A program made the translations under genes and the position numbers. A stretch of DNA of 59,811 bases, filler included, from Squatina squatina (Eukaryota): assembly GCA_031763465.1 (NCBI GenBank). It is 3 parts of 3 records of this genome, joined end to end, with 100 filler letters (N's around TTAATTAATTAA, not from the genome) between each part and the next. Parts side by side here need not be neighbours in the genome. Positions count along the whole stretch, not along the records: positions 1 to 30,266 come from JARFOE010000092.1; 2 more parts are not named here. One strand, 5' to 3'. How positions within the stretch are numbered: the first letter of the stretch is position 1; every line of letters begins with the position of its first letter. Under the pieces are notes generated by a model, which was given only the letters and a program-made list of their open reading frames with translations, searched no databases and was not told the DNA's origin. Positions 10,974 to 21,690 of this stretch are shown piece after piece.

Positions 10974-11269
10974 NNNNNNNNNNNNNNNNNNNNNNNNNNN
11001 NNNNNNNNNNNNNNNNNNNNNNNNNNNNNNNNNNNNNNNNNNNNNNNNNNNNNNNNNNNNNNNNNNNNNNNNNTGAAATTAGCAGAGGCCAAAATAGGAA
11101 GTTGGAAAAAAAAAATCATGTTTTGAAGCATGCTATAATTGTAACTACTATAAAGTGCTTTCTCTTCACTTTAAGTGAAGTTTGACAGTTTTAACGATTG
11201 TAATCTTCAAGGCTGCATACAAGTTTTGCTAAATTTCGAAACTGTGTTTCTAATCATGTAAATAGTACT

Positions 11270-11802
11270 TGAGTAAGGTCGTCTCCTTATCTGAGGAAGG
11301 ATATACTTCCTTCGAGGTGGTACACCAAAGGTTCACTCGATTGATTCTTGGGATGAGAGGATTGTCCTTTGAGGAGANNNNNNNNNNTAGATAGATCAGA
11401 CCTATACTCTGGAGTTTAGAAGAATGAGAGGTGATCTCATTGAAACATAAAAGATACTGAAGGGGATTGACCATGGAGATGTTTACCCTGGCTGGAGAGA
11501 CTAGAACTCGGGGGTATAATCTCAGGATAAGGGATCAGCCATTTAAGACTGAGATGAGGAGGAATTTCTTCACTCAGAAGATTGTGACTCTTTGGAATTT
11601 TCTACACTAAAGGGCTGTGGATGCTGAATCATTGAATATATTCAAAACTGAGCTAGATAGATTTTTGGACTCTCAGGGAATCAAGGGATATGCAGATCGG
11701 GCAGGAAAGTGGAGTTGAGGTCGAAGATCAGTCATAATCTTATTCAGTGGCGGAGCAGGCTCAAGGGGTTACATGGCCTGCTCCTGCTCCTAATTCTTAT
11801 GT
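11270..11802 (+). mobile_element. CR1 LINE 3' fragment
   Basis: RFTRLILGMRGL..LYSLEFRRMRGDLIET motifs plus the CR1 tail. Confidence 0.9.
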
Positions 11803-11823
11803 GAAGGAGCTAATACTAAATAA

Positions 11824-12793
11824 TCTTCTTAGGCAGTCCCTCGCGATCGAGGATGACTTGCTTCCACTCCGGAGTTGTGGGTTCTGAGGTGGCTGGAAAG
11901 TCTGATACGGGATCCACAAACTCAGGTGGTGGGGCAGATGGTGTTTGGTGGGGCGAGTAGATGGGGTGCTCATGTTTCTAAGCGTTCCTTCCGCTGCCTG
12001 CGCTTGGCCTCCACGTGCTCCTGCCAGAGAAGCTCAAAGTGGTTGGCGCCTTCGCAATGCTTCTCCAGTTTGGGCGATCTTGGGCCAGAGATTCCCATGT
12101 TGGTGGGGATGTTGCATTTTTTTCAGTGAGGCTTTGAGGACGTCCTTGAAGCATTTCCTCTGCCCTCCTGGAAGACGCTTGCCATGGCGGATTGTAAACC
12201 GGTCTACAGGCAAACGAAGGCTGAGGTCCAACTTAAAACCCAGGACCTAAAGAATAGATGGTGGGTCGAAAGAGTTGCAGGCGACAGCAACGACATGCAG
12301 AGTTTTTTCAGGGTTAAGACCATCTATGGCCCAAACACACAAGGACCTACTCTGCTGAGAGCGAAGAACGGTGTCGTGCTCATATTAAGAATAGAGCGGC
12401 AGTCAGTGCCCGCTGGAAGGAGCACTTCGAGGAACTCCTCAACCAAGACTCAGTCCTCGACGCCTGAGCCCATGTCTCCATCCCACAACATCCTACTCGC
12501 CACCACTTCAGCACAATCCCTGCCCTATCTGAGGTCATCAAGGCCATCGGACAGCTGAAAGACAAGATTAGCTCAACTCTAGCGGAGAGTTTCATGGAGA
12601 TGGGATGGAGTGTTGCAGCGAGGAAGATGGAGAAGAGCGTCGGTGCGATGACAATCCTTGCTTGACCCCAGTATGCACTTCAGTTGGGTCTGTGGTTGAG
12701 CCGTTGGTGAGAATCACTGCCTGTATGTCTTCATGGAGCAGGCAGAGGATGGTGATGAATTTTGGCGGGCAGCCATACTTGAGAACACTCCAT
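11824..12793. mobile_element. Cluster of RTE-clade LINE fragments in alternating orientation
   Basis: 11824-12190 minus: 3' end (HGKRLPGGQRKCFKDVLKASLKK, tail gggactgcctaagaaga). 12190-12590 plus: EN-RT linker (KTIYGP..RWKEHFEELLN). 12590-12793 minus: RT (YGCPPKFITIL..TGVKQG). Confidence 0.85.
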
Positions 12794-12959
12794 NNNNNNN
12801 NNNNNNNNNNNNNNNNNNNNNNNNNNNNNNNNNNNNNNNNNNNNNNNNNNNNNNNNNNNNNNNNNNNNNNNNNNNNNNNNNNNNNNNNNNNNNCACACCC
12901 TGAAGACTCTTGCACTTCCTGCCTCTTCCTACTCTTCCAGATGGCCTCCCATTTACTAT

Positions 12960-13190
12960 TCTGAACTCTCTCTACGTGTTGGGTGGTCACCTCCTGGAAT
13001 GCGTGATCCAGGAAACTCTCAGCCTCCCTGATGCTTCACAGTGACTCCAGCTGCCCCTCAAGCTCAGAAACCGTGAGCTGGAGCTCAGGACACTTGCTAC
13101 ACGCATGGTCCCCAAGACACATGAAGTGCCCTGAAGTTCACACATGGCGCAGGAATTGCATGCAACAGGTCTCAGCCGTCCATCCATGAT
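12960..13190 (-). mobile_element. CR1 ORF1 remnant
   Basis: MDGRLRPVACNSCAMCELQGTS.. has the same Cys motif as the other ORF1 copies. Confidence 0.65.
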
Positions 13191-13668
13191 TTTACTGTTA
13201 CTCCAGGTGCCTTGTACCAAATGGATCAAATATTGTTACACTCACAACATTCAGTACATTACTGTTACAATAAAATGATACAATATCTAATTAACGAACT
13301 GTCAGCCCATAGGTGGCAAACCTCACTGCATAAACAACCTCACCAAACTGCCCCGACTGCCTGCCTCTCTTCCGCGGCTACGTTCGCGCCCAGGTGTCCC
13401 TGGAGTTGGAGCACGCGGTGTCCGCCGGTACACTTGCGGCGTTCCGCGACCGGTGGGCGCCGGGGGAACTGGAGTGCGTCATCGCTGCGAACAATCGGGT
13501 TTTAATTTAAGCACCGGGGTTTTTTGTTTAGTATAATGTTATTTGTTTAAAGTTTGATATGTTTGTCANNNNNNNNNNNNNNNNNNNNNNNNNNNNNNNN
13601 NNNNNNNNNNNNNNNNNNNNNNNNNNNNNNNNNNNNNNNNNNNNNNNNNNNNNNNNNNNNNNNNNNNN

Positions 13669-14181
13669 GTGATACCCGCCCTCCTGTATGCGTCAGAGAC
13701 ATGGACAATATACAGTAGGCACCTCCAAGCACTGGAGAAGTACCACCAATGCTGCCTCTTAAATCCTGCAATTGCACTGGTCGGGTAGGCGTACCAATGT
13801 CAACATCCTCTCAGGCCAACATTCCCAGCATTGAGACACTGGTCACCCTCAACCAGCTGCGATGGACGGGCTACATTGTCCGCATGCCCGACTCAAGACT
13901 CCAGAAACGTGCACTCTATTTCGAGCTTTGTCACGGCAAGCGATTACCAGGAGGGCAGGGGAAGTGCCTCAAGGACGTCCTCAAAACCTCCCTGAAAAAA
14001 TGTAACATCCCCACTGACTCATGGGAATCTCTGACCCAAGACTGCCTGAACTGGTGGAGAAGCCTCCATGAAGGTGGCAATCATTTTGAGCATCTCTGGC
14101 GGGAGCGTGTGAAAGCTAAGTGCAGGCAGTGGAAGGAGTGCGCGGAAACCTGAGCATCCCATCCTCTTGCCCCATCAAATA
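13669..14181 (+). mobile_element. RTE-clade LINE ORF2 C-terminus
   Basis: VIPALLYASETWTIY..., QLRWTGYIVRMPDSRLQKRALYFELCHGKRLPGGQ. Confidence 0.9.
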
Positions 14182-14281
14182 NNNNNNNNNNNNNNNNNNN
14201 NNNNNNNNNNNNNNNNNNNNNNNNNNNNNNNNNNNNNNNNNNNNNNNNNNNNNNNNNNNNNNNNNNNNNNNNNNNNNNNNN

Positions 14282-14844
14282 AACGTTCTGTGGGTCTGAT
14301 TAGACACCAGCGAGTTCACACTGATGAGAGACCTTTTAAATGCGCTGACTGTGGGAACAGCTTTAAACGCTCTGAGGGACTGATTAAACACCAGCGAGTT
14401 CACACTGAGGAGAAACCTTTTAAATGCTCTGACTGCGGAAACAGATTTAAAAGTTCAGAGGGACTGATCAGACACCAGCTCATTCACACTGACAAGAGGC
14501 CATTTCAATGCCCTGACTGCGGAAACAGCTTTAAAAGCTCTGTCGAGCTGATTAACCACCAGCGTATTCACACTGATGAGAGGCCTTTTAAATGCTGTGA
14601 ATGTGGGAACAGGTTTAAAAGTTCAGAGGGATTAATTAAACACAAGCTCGTTCACACTGACGAGAGACCATTTCAGTGCTCTGAGTGTGGGAACAGATTT
14701 AAACGCTCTGCAGAGCTGGTGAGACACCAGCGTATTCACACTGATGAGAGACCTTTTAAATGTTGTGACTGCGGGACCAGCTTTAAACGTTCTGCAAGTC
14801 TGATTAAACACCAGCGAGTTCACACTGATGAGGGACCATTTTAA
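14282..14844 (+). CDS. Tandem C2H2 zinc-finger protein, final exon (5' part in gap)
   Basis: One partial plus six complete CxxC...HxxxH fingers with TDERPF-type linkers; stop TAA at 14842-14844. Confidence 0.85.
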
Positions 14845-15095
14845 TGTTCTGACATTAAATGCGCTGACTGTGGGAACAGATTTAAAAGCTCAGTGGGACT
14901 GATTAAACATCAGCGTATTCACACTGATGAGAGACTGTTAGTTGCTCTCATTATGGGAAGAAGTTCAGGCATTCATCCAACCTTATGGCACACCTGTGTA
15001 TTCACATGAGGGAATGACCATTCAGTTGGTCTGTATGTGTGAAGGGATTCACTTAGTCATCCAACCTGCTGACATACCAGCGAGTTCACAAGTGA
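14845..15095 (+). pseudogene. Finger remnants beyond the stop codon
   Basis: One intact in-frame finger (CADCGNRFKSSVGLIKHQRIH), then two frameshifted or stop-containing fingers ending QRVHK*. Confidence 0.8.
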
Positions 15096-15233
15096 CTGCA
15101 GGAGTTGGATTCTGCTGGTTATTGCTGCTGTTCACATCTAGGACTGAGCCATGTTCATTCTGACAGTTGCTATTTTTTTTTGCTGGGATTATTAACACAT
15201 CTAATCCCTTTAACTGGGGTGGAATTTAATACT

Positions 15234-15426
15234 AAAAGAAAAGAAAGACTTGCATTTATATTCGCCTTTCACGACCACCAGGTGTCCCAAAGCGCTTTAC
15301 AGCCAATGAAGTACTTTTTTTTAAGTGTCGTCACTGTTGCAATGAAGGAAATGCGGTAGTCAATCTGGACACGGCAAGCAAACAGCAATGTGTTAACGAC
15401 CGGAGAATCTATTTTAGTGATGTTGT
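15234..15426 (-). mobile_element. DeuSINE/SacSINE1-like SINE 3' fragment
   Basis: Reverse complement of 51125-51318. Confidence 0.85.
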
Positions 15427-15870
15427 TTCTGGATATATGCCAAATAAATCAGCTTTATTTTAAATGCAGTGTGTCAATTCCTTGTTTTTTTTTTCCATGA
15501 TAAGAGATGATTAATGGATTTCTCGTGACTGATTGTTCCATTTTTGGGCCTTTCCTCCTGTCTTACTCTTGATTATTTCAGTTCTCATAAATTTGGTTAC
15601 ACTCATGGACAAGTCCCAGCTCCCCAAACGTTCCAGACTGCCTCTCCTAGCCTTGGTACCCAACCCTAAAACTAGCACCCTAACTGGACCCTTGGTTCCG
15701 AACCCTGACCACTAACGGTAAGATCTTAACCTGATTCACTAATGTAATCCCGAACCCCAACCCTTGATTGNNNNNNNNNNNNNNNNNNNNNNNNNNNNNN
15801 NNNNNNNNNNNNNNNNNNNNNNNNNNNNNNNNNNNNNNNNNNNNNNNNNNNNNNNNNNNNNNNNNNNNNN

Positions 15871-16530
15871 CCACACCTCCATCAACCCCTCCCCTTCCCA
15901 TGGCACCTTCCTGTGCAAGTGCAGGAGATGCAACACCTGCCCTTTTACATCCTCCTTTTCCACTGTCCAGGGCCCCAAACATTCCTTCCAGGTGAGACAG
16001 CGATTTACTTGTACTTCTTTCAATTTAGCAGACTGTATTCGCTGCTCACGATGTGGTCTCCTCTACATTGGGGAGACCAAACACAGAACACCTCCGTTCA
16101 GTCCGTAAGCATGACCCGAACTTCCTGTCGCTTGTCACTTTAATTCTCCACTTCATTCCCACTCTGATCTCTCTGTCTTTGGCCTGTTACACTGTCCCAA
16201 TGAAACTCAATGCAATCTCGAGGAACAGCACCTCATCTTTCGATTAGGCACTTCACAGCCTTCTGGACTTAACACTGAGTTCAACAATTGCAGAGCATAA
16301 CCTCTGCCCTAAAAAAATCACTGATCTTTCCCTTTGTTCTTTCCTCCCCCTGTCCCTGCCCCTGCAGGTGCTTGAAAACCTGCTGCATTTCTGGCTTTAT
16401 TCAGTTTTGACGAAGGGTCATCTACCCGAAACGTTAACTCTGTTTTTCACAGATGCTGCCTGATCTGCTGAGTTTTTCCAGCATTTTTGTTTGTGTTCCA
16501 GATTCCAGCATCCGCAGTATTTTGCTTTTG
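15871..16530 (+). mobile_element. Penelope-like element 3' part: GIY-YIG endonuclease remnant plus terminal repeat
   Basis: GTFLCKCRRCNTCPF...FTCTSFNLADCIRCSRCGLLYIGETK...HLIFRLGTSQPSGLN; terminus at 16400-16530. Confidence 0.9.
16403..16439 (+). ncRNA. Minimal hammerhead-ribozyme motif (core C mutated to U)
   Basis: AGTT-(T)TGACGA-A-GGGT catct ACCC-GAAA-CGTT-AACT: helix I AGTT/AACT, helix II GGGT/ACCC, palindromic ACGT helix III. Confidence 0.7.
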
Positions 16531-16574
16531 TGTAAGAAGAGATTAGATTGTTGCTTGAAAAAGAGCAATGTAGG

Positions 16575-16980
16575 GGTACGGTAGCACAGTGGTTATGTCA
16601 CTGGACTAGTAATCCAGAGGTCTGGACTAATAACTGGAGATGAGAGTTCAAATCCCACCATGGGATTCAATAAAATAAAAAGCTAGTATCAGTAATGGTG
16701 ACCCTGAAACTACTGGATTGTCATAAAAGTCCATCTGGTTCACGAATGTTCGCTGGGGAAGGAAATCTGCCGTCCTTACCTGGTCTGGCTGACGTGTGAC
16801 TCCAGACCCACAGCAATCGAGTTAACTGCCCTCTGAAATGGCTTTGCAAGCCCCTCAAACTGCTACAAGAAATAAAAGAGCAGCACCCGGCATCGACCAA
16901 GCCATCAACCTAGCCCAGTCGACACTGCAAAACCCCCATTAACATTTGGGGACTAGTGCCAAAATTGAGAGCTGTCTCGA
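16575..16980 (+). mobile_element. tRNA-derived head plus SINE-like body running into an APE endonuclease motif
   Basis: A box TAGCACAGTGG 16582-16592, hairpin CTGGA-CTAGTAA-TCCAG, B box GAGTTCAAATCC 16644-16655; NIWGLVPKL from 16941. Confidence 0.7.
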
Positions 16981-16984
16981 GTTG

Positions 16985-17545
16985 AGGTGTTGCTGGACCA
17001 AGAGCCAACGTAGGTCAGCGATGGTTGTTGGGTGAATGTGACAGGCTTTGATGGGACAAAGAGGCAAGCCATTAATCAGAGTACCCACCTGCTATCCTGC
17101 TCTTTTAGCAAGGGTGTGCATATGACTGGCCCATTTAAGCTTCTAGTCAATGATTGCCTGCAAGATGTTGATAGTGGGGGAACTCAGCAATTGTGGTGGC
17201 ATTGAAGATCAAGGGAGATGATTGGGCCTTTTCTTGTTGAGACACGGTCATTACCTAGCTCATATGCAACAACAACTTGCATTTACATAGCACCTTGCAC
17301 GTAATAAAACAATGCAGATATTACCTGCCACTTGTCAACCCAAGCTTGGATGTTATCCAGCAGTAGGCTGATAAAGGCTGCATCATTATTGGCAGAGTTG
17401 TGAATGGAACTGAACACTGTAGACTCATCAACAAACAACCACACTCCAGATCGTACAGTGGAGGGAAGGTCATGGGTGAAGCATCTGAAGATGGTTGGGC
17501 AGAGAACATTTCCCTGAGGAACTTATGCAGCAATATCCTGAAGCT
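16985..17545 (-). mobile_element. Old diverged copy of the CR1-group LINE RT C-terminus
   Basis: Colinear similarity with 680-1016 (e.g. tcaatga..caagatgttgatagtgggg, tcaagggagatg, gttgtgaatggaactga). Confidence 0.65.
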
Positions 17546-18289
17546 GTGACAATTTATATTGAATGACTTCAGATCTCTCATCAACAGTAAGAGGCATATA
17601 TGTGCAAAGTATGGCAAGGATATAGTGCAGTACTGATAAGGTGCTTTAAAAAAATTTAATTCAATCTTTTATATATGAAAGAGGAAGATAGTTTAATCTT
17701 AATGTTTCAAGTAAGACTCTCCATAAGTTCTGATCAATGTTTTCAGGTGAAACAACAGTGTCTTATAGAAACTGACTAATGCAATATATTTGCCAGTATT
17801 TTCGATTTTTATTTAAACATCAAAGCTGCCCATGTTGGAGAAATTAGATTTTTGATGAAAAAAGAGGGAGCTGGGTTTATTTTATGGCAACCAGAACTGT
17901 ATGCAGTAAGTGTCGTCTAACCAAGGTTCGATACAGGTTTAGCATTCTATAGTTCGAGAAATAAACCAAGTTGGCCATGGCAACTTACTCTTCCAAAACT
18001 ACCTTGCCTTGTTTTCAGTCTCCATCCTCCCTAAACTTCTGCACTTCCTGCTCAGGATACTACTTCCCCTTGTAAAGCACTCCGGCCTGCATCTTCTTGA
18101 GGAGCACGAAGTAGGTACGAGTTGTTCACAAGCTAAGTATGGATGAGGAAGCTCATTTAGTGCCTCTTAATTCATCCATTGAGATGGAACCCACAGTTTA
18201 CCTTCAGCGCAGGTTTTATGCCTCCACTCCCTCACCCCACCCATACAGAACTCCAATCTACATGTTGATACATCAGCCAAAAACACGGC

Positions 18290-18800
18290 AGGTTCCACAT
18301 GTACGCTGATGGCAGTCAGCTCTACCTCACCACCTTCTCACTTGGTGCTTATCAGACATCCAGTATTGGATGAGCAGAAATTTCCTCCAACTAAATAATG
18401 AGAAGATTGAAGCTATTGTGTTTGGCTCCTGCCACAAACTCCGTTCCCTGCCATCATTTCCATCCCTCTCTCTGGCAACTCTCTGAAGCTGAGCCAACCC
18501 GTTCGCAACCTTGGTGTCAAAATAAGCTTCCACAACCACATATCCGCTCCATCACCAAAACTGCCTACTTCTACCTGCGTAACATCACCCAACTCCAACT
18601 CTGCCTTTGCCTTTGCCCATCTGCTGCTGAAATCCTTATCCATACTCTCGTCATGAATATTCCAATGCTCTCCTGGCCAGACACCAATCATCCATCCTAC
18701 CGAAACCTGTGTTCATTCAAAACTTTGCTACCCATATCTCAACATACACCAAGTCCTGTTCACCCATCACCTCCATGCTTGATGAGCTACACTGCGTCCC
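18290..18800 (+). mobile_element. L2 LINE ORF2 fragment
   Basis: FHMYADG.QLY, WMSRNFLQLN..K.EAIVFG, HIRSITKTAYFYLRNI. Confidence 0.85.
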
Positions 18801-18900
18801 NNNNNNNNNNNNNNNNNNNNNNNNNNNNNNNNNNNNNNNNNNNNNNNNNNNNNNNNNNNNNNNNNNNNNNNNNNNNNNNNNNNNNNNNNNNNNNNNNNNN

Positions 18901-19421
18901 ATTGGTCCAGGAAACCATCCCGTATACACTCTAGAAATTCCTCCTCCACAGTGTTGTTACTATTCTGAGACTGTGTCCTCTGGTCCCCTATCACTATTGC
19001 TCTCCCACACTTCTTCCTCCCCTCCTGTACAGCTGAGCCACCGCGCACTTGGCTCTGGCTGTACTCCCCAGAGGAACCATCACCCTCACCAGTGCTTAGA
19101 ACCAAATACTGGTTGGAGAGCGAGATACACTCAGGGGACTCGTGCACTACCTGCCTGGTCCTCCTTTTATGTCTGGTGGTCACCCATTCCCTCTCTGCCT
19201 GTGCACTCCTTATCTGTGGGATGACCACCTCCTGAAACGTGCTATCCATGGAGCTCGCAGCCTCAAGGATGCACCGCAGTGATGCCAGCTCCGAAACCCA
19301 GAGCTCATGCTCCTCCAGCTGATGACACGTCTGCACAGGTGTTTGTCCAGGACACGGAAGCGTCCTGGAGTTCCCATATGGCATAGGTTGTGCAGTCTAC
19401 AGTACCGAGCTGCACTGCCTT
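18901..19421 (-). mobile_element. Chimeric CR1 fragment: ORF1 joined to an ORF2 endonuclease piece
   Basis: ORF 18767-19384: ...AEREWVTTRH...GRAIVIGD, then EEEFLECIRDGFLDQ. Confidence 0.8.
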
Positions 19422-19521
19422 NNNNNNNNNNNNNNNNNNNNNNNNNNNNNNNNNNNNNNNNNNNNNNNNNNNNNNNNNNNNNNNNNNNNNNNNNNNNNNN
19501 NNNNNNNNNNNNNNNNNNNNN

Positions 19522-19780
<259 letters not shown>

Positions 19781-20552
19781 ACGAGGGGCGAAATTATTTC
19801 AACAGTCAGAGCTCCAACGGTTATTTTCAAAAACCCCTCCAATAATTTTTTAAAATGCGGATTCTGTGAATAAATTGATCATAAGCCAAAGATTTCGAAA
19901 CACGTTTTATTTTCTTTTGTCTTATTCCATATTTTCCTTTGCGAATTCCGGGCTGTTACAATCAGGATTAAATTCGGGCTCACTTTCAAGCTGTCTTAAA
20001 GGGCGGGAATCAATCCCCAGTGATTCTGTAACGGGACACAATCCAGCTCAATCTGTGTAAAAGCCAGCTTTCACAGATTATCGATCCATCCTTTTCACAG
20101 GCGGGAGTGAAACCAGAGCTGGGAGTGTCCTTGTGTGAAAAGAGAAGAGGGACAGTGTGTTCGAACTGCTCCCGTCCTGGTCTCTTAAGAACTCCCATTC
20201 TGGGCGGTGACACTGCAGCGAGTCTCGGGTTAGCCAACGGATTGACCCCCAACTCGAAATTAAAAATTAAACTTGAAATGGGATTGAGAGAAAGAGGTGA
20301 CTGAAACCTCAGTCTCGCCCCCAGAACAAGCTGTTAATTCGCCGGCAGGCGCTGTAAATGAACGGGTCTGAGAGGGAAAGGAAAAAGCGACCAGGGACTG
20401 TGTTTGTGGGTGGGAAATTCAACAGCAACGCTCAGGTGGAATCAGACATTGAAACGGATTATCGGCGAATTCTACAATAAATCTACAACTGGATCTTCAA
20501 AGTTTCTCAAACACACTTATTAAGTAAATTGAATCTAAAGGGAGATGCATTT

Positions 20553-20611
20553 GTGGAGCTCTTTCAGAGAGGTTGTGGGTGGCTCTTAAAAGAGCCGTTG
20601 TGTTGTGTTTT
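20553..20611 (-). terminator. Histone stem-loop plus HDE, probably of an H2B hidden in gap 20612-20711
   Basis: Minus strand aacacaac-GGCTCTTTTAAGAGCC-acccacaacctctctgaaagagct is nearly identical to the H2B 3' end at 7801-7849. Confidence 0.88.
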
Positions 20612-20774
20612 NNNNNNNNNNNNNNNNNNNNNNNNNNNNNNNNNNNNNNNNNNNNNNNNNNNNNNNNNNNNNNNNNNNNNNNNNNNNNNNNNNNNNNNNN
20701 NNNNNNNNNNNCGTATTAATGCAATAGCTGAAGCCATTCCCCCCCAATCTACCCCCGCTCCCGTCCCCGGGTCA

Positions 20775-20815
20775 CTGCTCTCTCTGTGAGGCGGTGGGTG
20801 GCTCTGAGAAGAGCC
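20775..20815 (-). terminator. H1 stem-loop plus HDE
   Basis: GGCTCTTCTCAGAGCC-ACCCA (20815-20795), then AGAGAGAGCAG. Confidence 0.92.
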
Positions 20816-20850
20816 TTTGGGTTCAGATGTTTACAAGTTGACCTTTTTAG

Positions 20851-21534
20851 TTACTTTTTGGGCGCTGTTTTCTTGGCCCTGGCCTTCGGTTTTTCTAACT
20901 TCTTGGCCGCCTTCACCTTTCCGCCTTTGGCCTTCACGGGACTCTTGGATTTCGCCTCCCCCGCCCTCTTCCCAGCCGGCGCTTTCGCTGCCTTTCTTGG
21001 CGTTGCTGCTTTCTTTGCTGCTGGTTTCTTGGTGGCCGTTTTCTTTGCTGCTGGTTTCTTGGTGGCCGTTTTCTTTGCTGCTGGTTTCTTGGTGGCCGTT
21101 TTCTTGGCTGCTGGTTTCTTGGTGGCCGTTTTCTTGGCTGCTGGTTTCTTGGTGGCCGTTTTCTTGGCTGCTGGTTTCTTCACCTTCGCTCCCACTTTCC
21201 CCTGGGGTTCCTTCTTGGGGATTTTGAAGGAGCCCGAGGCGCCCGTGCCCTTGGTCTGTATCAGGGAGCCGTTTTCCACTTTCCTCCTGATAGTTAACCT
21301 GATCTGGGACCCGAGCTTCACCACATCGACACCGTTGTCAGCCAGAACCTTCTTTATCGCGGCCAGGGACATCCCCTTGCGATCGCTGTGACCGGCCACA
21401 ATCCTGAGCATCTGGTCGCCCAGCTTGGGACCGGTTGTCTTGGAGCGGAGAGCCGCCGCCTTCTTCTTGTTGGGAGCCTTGGTTTGAGCGGGGTCGGCAG
21501 GAGGAGCCGTTTCGGCGGCTGCAGAATCAGTCAT
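20851..21534 (-). CDS. H1: Linker histone H1, 227 aa, intronless and intact
   Basis: MTDSAAAETAP start; winged-helix globular domain ending QTKGTGASGSFK; K/A/P-rich tail; stem-loop downstream. Confidence 0.95.
   Translation of the reverse strand: MTDSAAAETAPPADPAQTKAPNKKKAAALRSKTTGPKLGDQMLRIVAGHSDRKGMSLAAIKKVLADNGVDVVKLGSQIRLTIRRKVENGSLIQTKGTGASGSFKIPKKEPQGKVGAKVKKPAAKKTATKKPAAKKTATKKPAAKKTATKKPAAKKTATKKPAAKKTATKKPAAKKAATPRKAAKAPAGKRAGEAKSKSPVKAKGGKVKAAKKLEKPKARAKKTAPKK
21011..21180 (-). repeat. 30-bp coding minisatellite (KKPAAKKTAT) x about 5.7 in the H1 tail
   Basis: Near-perfect units ttcttKgctgctggtttcttggtggccgtt. Confidence 0.95.
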
Positions 21535-21609
21535 GTTCGCTGCTCTGTGGAAAATCTCTGTGACAGTCAGAGCTGGCTCAGAAATGAAACGAGAGGCGGC
21601 GGCACAGAG

Positions 21610-21690
21610 CAACTTAAAGGCAGCGAGCGGACGGGGCGGAGACATCCTGCTGCCAGCTCCCGGCCCCTCCAGCCTCTCTGTGTTTCTCTC
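21610..21690 (-). promoter_or_regulatory. H1 proximal promoter
   Basis: TATA-like TTTAAG at 21618-21613, GC box at 21633-21640, H1/AC box AAACACA at 21685-21679. Confidence 0.7.

Noticed and set aside
16575-16660. Functional tRNA-Thr gene
   Set aside because: An extra insertion lies between the anticodon and T arms, there is no clean acceptor stem, and it continues into a repeat body.
20786-21391. Hydrophobic repetitive plus-strand ORFs resembling membrane proteins
   Set aside because: Antisense shadows of the lysine-rich H1 tail.
21535-21645. 37-codon N-terminal extension of H1 in the ORF track
   Set aside because: The upstream ATG lies beyond the TATA-like element, within the promoter; MTDSAAAETAP at 21534 is the family-typical start.
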